NCBI GenBank assembly: GCA_964270895.1
Contig: OZ185450.1
DNA: 64,000 nt
Strand: one strand, 5' to 3'
Source: Podarcis filfolensis
Taxonomy: Eukaryota
Part shown: piece after piece, positions 49,716-60,892 of the stretch
Numbering within the stretch: position 1 is the stretch's first letter
How the letters are laid out: every line of letters begins with the position of its first letter
Notes under the pieces: generated by a model
Databases searched by the model: none
Seen by the model: only the letters and a program-made list of their open reading frames with translations
What the model was told of the DNA's origin: nothing
Position numbers and translations under genes: made by a program

Positions 49716-49851
49716 CAGGCATCCCGAAACTCGGCCCTCCAGCTGTTTTGGGACTACAACTCCCATCATCCCTAGCTAACAGGACCAGTGGTCAGGGATC
49801 ATGGGAATTGTAGTCCCAAAACAGCTGGAGGGCCGAGTTTGGGGATGCCTG
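49716..49851. mobile_element. Palindromic hAT MITE
   Basis: Near-perfect inverted arms caggcatcccgaaactcggccctccagctgttttgggactacaa; TSD catttggg/cattaggg. Confidence 0.88.
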
Positions 49852-50614
49852 CATTAGGGAATTGCCACGCAGAGGGGCTGGCGGAGAAAGAAGCTCACCA
49901 AGGCAAACCCTCATTTGTTAAGCACGTTCACCATGATAATAGGATCTTTGATCACCCAGTTGCATAAATCACCACCATCCAGCCTCTAAGTCAATTCATA
50001 TTTCTGCAGTTCGTTAGCAGCTCAGGAGGAAATTGCATTTATTATAATTGCCTCTAATTGCACCAGATTAGTGATTACAATTATTGATGGCAGCTGATTA
50101 TTCATTAAGCTTCAAATCAATTCTCCTGCTTCCTCATTATCCCAAACAGTAACTCTGATGAGGCGAGCAGTCTGGAATAGTCCAGGACCAGCCTTCTTCC
50201 AGGAAGCCCAAATTGTGGCAATATAAATGCCTTTCTAAAATTGGCACTTGGAGCGCGACTGAGGTCCTAACTTGACAATGGTGGCCGCTTGCCGACGCTC
50301 CACAAAGAACAAATTTAGCATCCCACTCGGATCCCATTCACGTCATTTGAAAGTCTCTATGCCAGAGATCGTTTCTGCTAGCATCCTCTACAGTGACTTT
50401 CTCAACAAATGTCATCTGTGTGGGACTTGGGAAGCTTCTCATAGAGACATCACTGCTCAATTTTTGAAAACTAAGATAACAGTGACACTCACAGGCGCCA
50501 AACTGATTTATCCTCACCGCACATCTAAAAACAATCCCCAAAGACTGTGGGTGGATTTGCATACTGTAGTAGATGCATGAATACTGCCCCAAATGGCAGA
50601 AAATTCTTTGATGC

Positions 50615-50720
50615 ACAAACTTTCTTGTAACTTGAATCCATTGGTACGGGTCCTACCGCCCAGAGCAGGAGAAAACAAGCTTGCTGCATCGTTGGTGTGA
50701 AAGGGTGTAAATTCATTGAT
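50615..50720 (-). mobile_element. CR1 ORF2 fragment
   Basis: DAASLFSPALGGRTRTNGFKLQE. Confidence 0.7.
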
Positions 50721-51334
50721 TTGTAGCTGAACTATTGTGTACACAGACTCTAAATTAACTGAGCATTGCTTGTGAATAACTATATGTGTGTACAGATTTT
50801 ATACACAGTCAAACAGATTGTACACTCATTGAATATAATGTGTTAACCCCCTCCCTTTATGATAACCCTGTGAGGTTGGGAGTTGGACTGAAGCCCACTA
50901 CTGTATATCCATAAGTTTCCTGATTGACCATAATGCCCTCAGTTGGTAATGTTTGGACATCTTTGTCCAGGGAAGAGAATTCAGTATGCAGCCCCCTGCT
51001 CAATGATAAACTACATCACCCACCCCTGAAATAATAACATGTGGATTTGTGTAGGAACAGCAGAGCAGAAAATGTTGCCAGTGGGGTGAAGCAAAATGTT
51101 TTTGTAGTTAGATTAGAGGATGGTATGTTTATACCTCCCCATGCTGGGTCTCCATTATGTGGTTCCAAGCTGTAGGGCATAGCATCACTCTGGGAAACAA
51201 AGTTGTCTATTCTGATCATTGATCTCACCCAGTTTCCTTCCGCCAGGTTGGGGGATTGAGGTGGGATGAAAGTTCAATTTGCCCTCAAGACTTGTTAACA
51301 CAGTAGCAGGAACTTCTAACCCTTTCCTTTACAG

Positions 51335-51582
51335 CAGGGGTGGCCAACTCCCAAGAGACTGTGATCTACTCACAGAGTTAAAGACTGCCAGCAGTAATCT
51401 ACCCACTTTTAGGGGATTCAGGTCAAAGTTTTTGAGCTTTTTTTAGGAAGGAGAAAGGCCCTTTTGAGGTGCAGGGCAAAAATATTCAGCTTTTTTTAGG
51501 GGAGCCAAACTTGTTGAGCTTCTTTGGCCGGAGCCAGTGAAATACCACAAACGTCTAGTGATCTACCTGTTGGATGTGCCTG
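51335..51582. mobile_element. hAT-like non-autonomous element
   Basis: caggggtggccaac ... gttggatgtgcctg imperfect TIRs; TSD only 5/8. Confidence 0.55.
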
Positions 51583-52377
51583 CTTGATGGTAATCAGTCT
51601 CTCTCTCTCCCATTCTCTCTCCTCCCCATCTCTCGCCCAGTCTACAGCTGTTTATCACTTTGCTCTCAGGGCTGTGCCATCTCTCCATCACTGGCCTTTG
51701 AGAGAGGGAAATGAGGTTCTCAATTACTGCAAGTGACAAAGGAGGTGGAGGTTGATTAGCTAATTGGGCGGAGTGTATCCTACATCCAGACAGCTGTGCA
51801 AATTGCTAGAAGGCAACTGGGCACCCAAGACAGTAAGCTCCCTCTGCCTCACTATCTCTTCCCTCCCTTTCTTTCCCATGTGCATGCATGGAAATGCACG
51901 GATGAAAAACATGCCGCTTTGTTTTCTCTCTCTCTGGACTTGTCTGGGCAAATGCTGGGGCAGTTCATGCCACATCCTGGGTGATGCCCCAGATCTGGGT
52001 TCCTCCGTGATCTGGAACCAGAGGTGCCATCAGGGCAGGACATGGAGGCAAAAGTCCTCAAAGCATGCCCTTACTTGCACCTGTTATCCTAGTACATGCT
52101 TTTTTAAAAAACTTGGCAACATTCAGAGATATGAAGATTTTGAAGGACAGCTGTGCTTTGGTTCATTTATTGTTTGGAAAGTGTGAATTAGGTATGCTCC
52201 TTCTCTGAAATCTGAACTGAAACAAATGTATGCCTCCATGCCAACTCCTCCTGCTGCCTCTTCCAGACCCCCATGTTCCCTATGTTGCTTGTTTTTTAAT
52301 ATTGGGACTCTTTCTTTCTGCACCCAGATGTTATGGGACCTGTGGACAGGTAGCCTTAGCTCATCTAGTTAGGCACA

Positions 52378-52525
52378 ATTCTCTGAATTAGGTAGCTGAA
52401 GAAGTGTGCATGCACACGAAAGCTCATACCAGTAACAAACTTAGTTGGTCTCTAAGGTGCTCCTGGGAGGAATTTTTTAATTTTGTTTTGACTACAGCAG
52501 ACCCACATGGCTACCTACCTGTAAA
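52378..52525 (+). mobile_element. Penelope-like element terminal fragment
   Basis: ctgaagaagtgtgcatgcacacgaaagctcatacc..cttagttggtctctaaggtgct; flanked by direct repeat tagttaggcaca (52366-52377, 52526-52537). Family call from motif recognition. Confidence 0.7.
52391..52430 (+). ncRNA. Minimal type I hammerhead ribozyme motif
   Basis: GGUAG-CUGAAGA-A-GUGUG(CAUG)CACAC-GAAA-GCUC^AUACC: conserved core, stem II hairpin, palindromic AGCU stem III, GGUA/UACC stem I. Confidence 0.75.
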
Positions 52526-53474
52526 TAGTTAGGCACAGTACATTTGTCTCACCTTTGGATGGTGCGGGTGTGAGAGGTGATCATTGTAAAATGGGAATGA
52601 AGCAGGCAGTGGGAAATAATGGAGCAAGGGCCCTTGAGAGTCTGTTGCCTGAAGGCCCATATTGATTTGGAGGCAACCCTGGGACCTATCCAAGGTGGAT
52701 GAAGAGCAGGATAGATTGATGTGTGTAGGGCCGGCCCTACTAATAGACAGAATGAGCTAGCTGCCCAAGCATCAGATATTGGGGCAGTGGTGGCAGCTTC
52801 CCCCTTGGCCATTCCTTCTGAACCTCTTGCCCAGGGACAGGGAACATTTTCAGTCCATGGTCCACATTCCCTTCTGGGCAACCTTATGGGGGGGGGTGTC
52901 ACATGCCAGTAGTGGGTGGGGCTAGAGCCAAAAGTAGGTGGAGCAAGGAACATACATTTTGCTTCTGCACAGTGGACTGCTTGTGCACACACTCTCCCAC
53001 AAAGTTCTCTGTTCTGCATCCAACCAAGTAAGGAGCATGCTCAGAAGAGTTGAAGGACACATTCCAGCCAGGAGAAAATACTCAAAGAGGATGCACAGCA
53101 GATCCTATGAGGTGTATGTGGGGCTTACGAGAGTATGTGGTCTGTGGAGAGTTCTGAAGTCCACATGGAGAGGGTGATAACTGTGTGTGCCCCCCCCAAC
53201 CAGGCCCAAGGTTCCTCATCCCTGCCCTAGTCATTTTTTCCTCCTCTGGAGAACAGAACTGTGTGTACATCTCATAAGCTAGGCTGCTGTCCTAGGCTGC
53301 TGCTCTCAGGTGTGCTGGAAGACACTGTCCACTTTCCAGTGCTGAAGTCTGTTCTACTCCTCTTGATGATGAGGTGCCGTCTTTTGATTTGTCTTATGTA
53401 GTAAAATATCCTAGGCTAGCCCTGGATGTGCATCAATGTCTGGAGGCCATGAGAAGGTGTGGCAGAGCAAGCTC

Positions 53475-54120
53475 ATAAGAATATAATATGGGCCATCTAG
53501 TTCAGCATCCTGTTCCACAGTGGCTAACCAGAAGCCTGTGGGAAACCCACAAGCAGGATTCAAGCACAAGAGCAGTGTCCAGGGGTCAGCAAACTTTTTC
53601 AGCAGGGGGCCGGTTCACTGTCCCTCAGACCTTGTGGAGAGCCGGACTATATATTTTTTTTGGGGGGGGATTGAATGAATTCCTATGCCCCACAAATAAC
53701 CCAAAGATGTGTTTTAAATAAAAGCACACATTCTATTCATGTAAAAACACCAGACAGGCCCCACAAATAAACCAGAGATGCATTTTACATAAAAGGGCAC
53801 ATTCTACTCTTGTAAAAACACGCTGATTCCCGGACCGTCCATGGGCCGGATTTAGAAGGCGATTGGGCTGGATCCAGCCCCCGGGCCTTAGTTTGCCTAC
53901 CCATGGCACTGTCCCTACCTTGGTTTCCAGCAACTGGTAATCAGAAGCAATCCTGACTGTGGAGGCAGAACACAACCTTCATGGCTAGTAGCCATCAACA
54001 GCCTTCTCCCCCACGAATTTGTCTAATCCTTTTTAAAAGTCATCTTGGTTGGTGGCCATCACTGCCTCCTGTGGGAGAGTTCCATAGTTTAACTGTGCAC
54101 TGTGTGAAAGAGTGCTTTCT
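53475..54120 (-). mobile_element. CR1 3' fragment interrupted by a hAT MITE
   Basis: CR1 consensus resumes at 53906. Confidence 0.8.
53580..53905. mobile_element. hAT MITE
   Basis: caggggtcagcaaact ... agtttgcctacccatg; TSD gcagtgtc/gcactgtc; internal tandem duplication of the ccccacaaataa..gtaaaaacac unit. Confidence 0.88.
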
Positions 54121-55519
54121 CAGGCACCTTTAATAAGTAAACTGTTTGATTGCAGCAAAATATAACAACACCCCCCCCCGCTCCCCAGCTTAAATTAAAT
54201 GACATCCATGCAAGCGAGGCTCATGGTTTGAGTTCCTTCCCTCCACGAAGACTGTTTTTTGAAGGGGGGGGGGAACCCTAATGCTTTAACATCAATCCAT
54301 CCATCCCCCTCCCCCACAATCTCATTCTCCAGCAGCGGGGATTTAATTGTCAAAAGTGAGAACCGATCCCAGGAGCTCAGCCATAATCACACTTCGTTCT
54401 CATAACCATATTCTGCCTCTTCAGCCATCTCCAGTGGGAGAGCAGAGAGCAAGTGTGATGTGCGCATCAGTCAAGGAATCAATTGTCACAAAAGGCGACG
54501 CAGCAAAATGGGGGTGAGGGAAATCATTAACTGGGTATTAAATTTAACCCCCTCCCCCAAAAAATATTATATTTAAGAAATACTCTGGATAAATAGCCTG
54601 CCTAAAGACACCACTACTGCCTTGGTACACAAGTCCTAATGGAATAACTCATTGCTGCTTTTTCCAGCGTTCCCCCCACACCTCAGTACCTTTATTTTTC
54701 CACGTGTGCCAAGGGAAATTTCGAGCGATTTATAACTTATTTAGGAAATCAATCTCTCTTGGCAGGCAGGCAGAAGCTCATTCCGAGAGTTTTGAAGCAA
54801 ACATAGTTAAATGTTATCTCCCTCGCTGAGCCACTTATCTTGGGAATGAAAGGACAGCTTATGGCTGGGGTATTCCGTGCAGAATGGGCTTTCCTTCCCT
54901 CCTCCTGGATTGGGGCTTAAATCTTTTCCTCTGTTAAGCACTTCATGAATGGAACTTCTGGAAACTTTAGCTCTCTGTGTTGCCTTGTTTGGAAGGAGCT
55001 CCTGGTTGAAGGTTTCCAAGTTGCATTTAGTCACCTTTATAACTTAGGTTGTCCTTGAGAGTTACAGTGGCCTATAGGGCTAGACTCAGGGAAAGGACTC
55101 CCACCAGCTCTACCAGCACGGCCGGTCATCCAGGATGATGGGAGTTGTAGTCCAGCAACATTCAGAGTGTCACAGGCTTCCCTATGTAATAGTCACTCCC
55201 CGATATTCCACCTCTGCCTCACGCTAGATTGGTGAATAGCTAAAACCTAGGGTGGGACTATGCTAATGAAGGGGTGGAGTTATACAGATTGGAGAGGTCC
55301 CAGTTGTTAATGGGAGCTCCTCCACATGTCTGGTTTGTTGATGATTTGTCCTGATTTGCTTGCACAAAGCTTATGCAGCAGTTAGATTATATCTGGTCTT
55401 TCCTGAGTATTCATTCTGATATGCTTGCAGGGAGGTTGTACAACAAAAAGCATGCATCGTACATTCATCCTGATTTGCTTGTGGGTTGCTTATCATCTCA
55501 TCATCATCATCATCACTTG

Positions 55520-55640
55520 AATCTGATTTTTTTTCCCTCCGAGGAGCTCCAAGTGGCATACACAGTTCTCCTCTTCCTCCTCATTTAACCCCTCACCCCC
55601 CAAAAAATAACCCTATGAGGTAGATTATTCTGAGAGGAAA
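55520..55640 (-). mobile_element. CORE-SINE fragment
   Basis: ccgaggagctccaagtggcatac..aaccctatgaggtagattattctgagag. Confidence 0.55.
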
Positions 55641-55841
55641 AGCAGTATAAAATACAATGACATCATTCAAAAAAGGCTCAGGAAAACAAAAGGTCCCAGT
55701 TATGCATTTAAAGCACTATAATGCCTTTTTAAACAGCTATGGTTTCCCCTAAAGAATTCTGGAAGCTGTTAAAGATGCTGAGAGTTTTTTAGAAGACCCC
55801 ATGTTCCCAGAGTTCCATGGGAGGAGGGATTCATTGTTAAA

Positions 55842-55842
55842 A

Positions 55843-55909
<67 letters not shown>
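55842..55909. repeat. (CA)n(GA)n microsatellite
   Basis: Read directly. Confidence 0.95.
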
Positions 55910-55913
<4 letters not shown>

Positions 55914-56551
55914 TAAAATAGGCATTTAGAAGCCTGCATCATATGGGTTTTGAATGGATGATTTAGTCTGGCCAGCTTTGATTCATGCCATTTCCTCTAA
56001 TCGGGGAGTGCATTGGCATATTCCTCTAAGGATCAGTTGTTAGTCAATTACTAGACAGTTCTGAAATGTCTACCCTCATTATCCAGAATTGAAGCACCTG
56101 TAATGAGCTTTCACAGGAAAATGTGGCTCTGATGATCCTATGGGGTATACGCGTAGACAAGTGGGACCTGCACTAAAACATTGCAGTAGGACTTGCTCTC
56201 GTCAAGAGTTCCAACCAGCTATTACCTCTAGCAATACTCCATTATATTGCCCCACCCCAGTTATCTCTTTCCCTCCCCAACAGATTTCAAATTTCCTGTG
56301 CCTAGGGATAATAGTTTTTATTTTATTTTTATATGTGATTCTGCAAACCTTGGTTTTCACCCAGGTTCACCAAGACCTCCCTTTTATGGACGGGTGGTGG
56401 CATTTTGCTTACAAAATGTTTGGCACTCATTCCCAAACAACATTCATAACAGGAATGATAAGCTAGTTCCCTAATATTTTCTCTAACTCCAACTAAGAAC
56501 CTAACCTGGGGTGGAGCTATGGTAACAGCCATACCCAAAAGAATCCCAATA

Positions 56552-56811
56552 CAGTCATACCTCGGGTTCAATGCGCTTCGGGTTGAGCGCGTACGAGTTG
56601 CGCTCCGTGGCAACCCAGAAGTAACGGAGCATGTTACTTCCGGGTTTTGCTGATTGTGCATGCGCAGACACTCAAAATGGCGTCACGTGCATGCACAGAA
56701 GCAGCGAAAAGCGATGTGCGCGTGCGCAGATGTGCCGTCGCTAGTTACATTTGCTTCTAGATGCAAACAGTGCTCCGGAATGGATCCTGTTTGTATCTAA
56801 AGGTACCACTG
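56552..56811. mobile_element. Tigger-like MITE, CpG-rich subfamily
   Basis: TA|cagtcatacctcggg ... aaggtaccactg|TA. Confidence 0.85.
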
Positions 56812-57982
56812 TAGCTGTAGTTTACCCCTCACAGAGCTAGAACTCTTAGCAAACTACAGTTCCCAATATTATTTGGGGCTGAACATGTGCCTTAAATGTG
56901 TTTTGCACATATGGTGTGAATGAAACCTATGGAGACAGCGGTGGGCTTGATTTTTAGTTGATGGGCTCACTAAGGACGTGGAAGGTTAACTCCTAACCCA
57001 TCTTGTCCTGAGTGCTGCTCTCAATTTCCTCCAGTATATCAGAACCCATCTGAGATATGTTGCTAATCTTACTGAGATTATTTTGATGAACTTTGCAGTT
57101 ACTCATCTCCCTTAGGAAGCACAGCCCAATTTGCTATGAACTTTCAGCGGCAACTCTAGTTATTGGTTGCATGAAGCTTGGAGTCGGCCGCTTTCTCCGA
57201 CTTCCCTTGATGGGTGTCATCATAATATCCATTTTCTGTTTCTTGGAGCTGCCCAAAGCCTGGATGTCTTCCTTTGTGTAAACTGATTTGCCCCTGTTTT
57301 GATCTGCATGGTTTCATGTCCAGCCTAGTGTGGCCTTGAATTTGTTACGACTCCTTTCCACAATCATAAATCAGCCCAGCCTCCTGTGAAGCCTTTTCAT
57401 TTCTCTTAGTGAAGCTGAACTGAGTAGAAGGCGGCGTGTTTGCTGGGAATAGGAAAGGTATACAAAACTTCAAATAACAACAGAGAAACACACCTAGCTG
57501 CCACTGGGAATCCACCATCTCCGAGTCTATTTGGTGGTTATTAAAACATGTGATAGAGGGAGTTCCATAGCTGAAACTTTTGTGCAATCTGTACTTTGAC
57601 TTCTGCTATGTTGGTGGGCTGGTTCCTTGGAGGAGACAGATTTTATATCCTAATTTTTGGAGGAGAGGTGTACTAAAGAATTTTGTGGTCAGTATGGCAA
57701 TGAAGCCTCTGATAGTGACTGGCTTGGATGTCACAGAGGACAGGAACAAATGCAAGGGTCTCTGTTGTGGGCTAAGCTGTTATGATCACTGAGTTGGACA
57801 GAATGTTCTAAAGGGAGAAGTAGGAGCCTGAGAAAGTGAAAAGGGAGAGTCATAAAAGAGCAGGATTTGAAGAGGTATATGGGGGCTTTAAATAATATGG
57901 TGGGATGGAGAAGGCAAGTGGGAGGACACTGAGACCAGAAGTGAAACTAGAAATACCCAAACAGGAGATGTATATATTATTA

Positions 57983-58211
57983 CAGTGGTGCCTCGGGTTA
58001 CAAACACCTCAGGTTACAAACACTTTGGGTTACAGACTCTGCTAACCTCGGGTTAAGAACTTTACCTCAGGATGAGACCAGAAATTGTTCGTTGGCAGCA
58101 TGGCGGGAGTGGTAGACCCCATTAGCTAAAGTGGTACCTCAGGTTAAGAACAGTTTCAGGTTAAGAACGGACCTCTGGAACGAATTAAGTTCGTAACCAG
58201 AGGTACCACTG
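57983..58211. mobile_element. Tigger-like MITE
   Basis: TA|cagtggtgcctcggg ... gaggtaccactg|TA; sits in the TA-rich tail of the adjacent L2. Confidence 0.9.
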
Positions 58212-58213
58212 TA

Positions 58214-58610
58214 TTTTTTATGGCATTTATATACCGCCCTATACCCAGAGGTCTCAGGGCAGTTCCCAGAACAAAATCAAAATATAAAACCACAAAATAT
58301 ATAACCAGAATAAAAACAACAACCCAATAGCCCCCCAAAAAACCAACCCCCCCATTTTAAAAGGACATAGGGTGTCAATCAAATCAACCCAAGGCCTGGT
58401 TAAAAAGCAACATTTTTGCCTAGCACCTAAAGGTGTATAATGAAAGTGCCAGGTGAACTTCCATGGGGAGAGCATTCCACAGATGGGGAGCCATTGCAGA
58501 GAAGGCCTGTTATCATGTTGCCACCCTCCGGACCTCTCGAGGAGGAGGCACATGAAAAAGGGCCTCAGAAGATGATCTCAGGGTCCGGGTAGGTTCATAT
58601 GGAAAGATAT
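58214..58610 (-). mobile_element. L2 3' end (second subfamily)
   Basis: gcatttatataccgccctata..gagcattccacagatggggagcc..gagaaggcc (the RAFS..APxLWN region on the minus strand). Confidence 0.75.
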
Positions 58611-59189
58611 ATACAGTCAAGGACTGCCGGGGTGAGAGAGATTAAAGTCTGGGTATTGTAGGGATCACCAACATGGCAACCATGGCAATAGTGACATTCT
58701 TGAACTTTACCATGGCACCCAGGAAGCCACTGCACTGCCCTCTTGGTCATGAGGATAGCTACCATTTTTTTCCTCTCTTGAAAAGTTACCCGGAATTGGA
58801 AGAGAAGATTAGAAGAGTAGCACCCTTTCCCATTTCCTCTTTCAGCTCTATGTACTTCTCAAGGCTCAAATTAATTCCAGTGGATCTGACTTTTATCCAG
58901 CTCCCTTGGAAAAGTGACCTTTCTGTGCCAAAAATTGTATCTTTGTGTATATTTTAGGGGGCTGATCTGGAGGAGGGAAGAGAGAGCTGACCAGAGTGGG
59001 TTGTACCTATGGCTCTCAAGAAATCCAAATGTGCTCACAGGCCTACAAGAGTTGGCAACCCTTGATGTGTTGATTCAAAGCACCAGCTTTTAAGTAGTGA
59101 AGAACTATAGGAACAAGGAACACAATGAATATGCTTTATCAACATTGTAAAAGATCACTGGTCTTCATAAACTACAGCAATGATAGCTA

Positions 59190-59545
59190 ACACAAGCACA
59201 TCCAATGAAGCTGGGCATTGGCAGATTCAACACAGGCAAAAGAAAGTGCTTTTTCACACAGTTAAAACATGGAATTGGCAACTAACCTGGTTGGCTTTTT
59301 TTAAAAAAAAGGATTAGACAAATTCATGGAGGAGAGGACCACTGATGGTACTGACCATGATGGCTATGTTCTATCTCCACTGTCAAAGGCAGTAGGTTTC
59401 TGAAAATCAGGGGCTGGAAAATGCAGGAGAGGAGAGAGCTGGTGCCCTCAGACCCTGCTAGTGGGATTCCCACAGGCTTCTGGGTGGTCCCTGAGAGAAC
59501 AGGATGCTGGACTAGATGGACCATGGGTTTGATTCAGTTGGCTGT
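59190..59545 (+). mobile_element. CR1 3' fragment
   Basis: ccaatgaagctg..ggcagattcaacacaggcaaaagaaagtgc..ggattagacaaattcatggagg..gctggactagatggacc. Confidence 0.8.
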
Positions 59546-59771
59546 TGTGACTGCACACTTTCCCTATGGTGTACTTAGTTTAATGGTTATTCTGCCCCTG
59601 CAGAACAGAAAGGTCCATAAACACCAGGAGTCTGAGACCCCTACCAGTCAAAGAATCATGGAATTGTAGCATTGTAAGGGACCTAAAAGGGCAGCCAGTC
59701 CAACCCCCTGCAATGCAGTCAAACTGCATACCCTCAAACATTTATCTGACAAAAATAGGCATGTCCTATTC

Positions 59772-60273
59772 CATACCCTCCAACATTTCTCTGATGGAAA
59801 TAGGGATGCCCTAAGAAAAATCAGGGGACACAGGTGGCACTGTGGGTTAAACTACAGAAGCTAGGACTTGCCGATCAGAAGGTCAGTGGTTCGAATCCCC
59901 ACGACGGGGTGAGCTCCCGTTGCTCTGTCCCAGCTCCTGCCAACCTAGCAGTTTGAAGCACGTCAAAGTGCAAGTAGATAAATAGGTACCGCTCCAGTGG
60001 GAAGGTAAACGATGTTTCTGTGCGCTGCTCTGGTTTGCCAGAAGCAGCTTAGTCATGCTGGCCACATGACCCAGAAGCTGTACACCAGCTCAGTTGGCCA
60101 ATAAAGTGAGATGAGTGCAGCAACCCCAGAGTCGGCCATGACTGGACCTAATGGTCAGGGGTCCCTTTACCTTTTTAAGGAAAAGCAGGACATTCTAGGA
60201 TCAAATTGGAAACCAGGACGGCTTCTGTAAATCCAGGACTGTCCCTGTAAAATAGGGACACTTGGAGGGTCTG
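59772..60273. mobile_element. MITE split by a Sauria SINE
   Basis: TIRs cataccctccaa / ttggagggtctg; no TSD found. Confidence 0.65.
59824..60175 (+). mobile_element. Sauria SINE, full length
   Basis: gggacacaggtggcactgtgggttaaac..ggttcgaatcccc..ggacctaatggtcaggggtccctttacc; TSD taagaaaaatca/taaggaaaagca (10/12). Confidence 0.92.
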
Positions 60274-60836
60274 ATAACTGAACTCATGGAGCAGAGCAAA
60301 ACTTTCAAAGTTTCAATGGGTCAGGGGATGGCTGGCATGGGCTGGAGGTTGTGGCTATTTGTAGTGAAAAAGGAGTCTGAATAACAATATTGGCACACCT
60401 GTCTCAGTAAATGAGTTTGCCTGCATCCTCCCCATGAGCCAAGCCCTTTAGAATGGTCTCTGATGCTCCCCTGAAAACAAGGCCGTTCAGTGATGCAGGG
60501 CACCGGGAAGGAATGATACAGCACACTTGCGGCTGGGAACGACAGGCCTTGTCATCCTGACTTATGATGGATGAGAGAAGGGCCTATTTCTCATCCATGG
60601 CGGAGGGAGGTGAAGTGTAAAGAAGGATGCATCTAGTGTCTCAGGACAATTCATCTTTGCGCTGGGTTCACTCAGAGAGACAGTGGAGCTTAGAGAGGGG
60701 AAGCAAAGCAGAGAAGCAACCAGGGAAGAGATGGGGGGGGAAATTCATTATGTGCAGTATAATCTCAGGGGGAAACGGCAAAATGTCAGCAATGCCAGAG
60801 ATTGGAGGAAAAGCGGGTGGTGGTGAGGAGAGGGTC

Positions 60837-60838
<2 letters not shown>

Positions 60839-60891
<53 letters not shown>
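60839..60891. repeat. (CT)n(AT)n microsatellite
   Basis: Read directly. Confidence 0.9.

Positions 60892-60892
<1 letters not shown>

Noticed and set aside
55617-55635. let-7-like tgaggtag
   Set aside because: It is part of a reversed CORE-SINE; the rest of let-7 and the hairpin are absent
59824-59900. tRNA-like A/B boxes (also at 25130-25200)
   Set aside because: These are SINE heads, not tRNA genes; there is no cloverleaf
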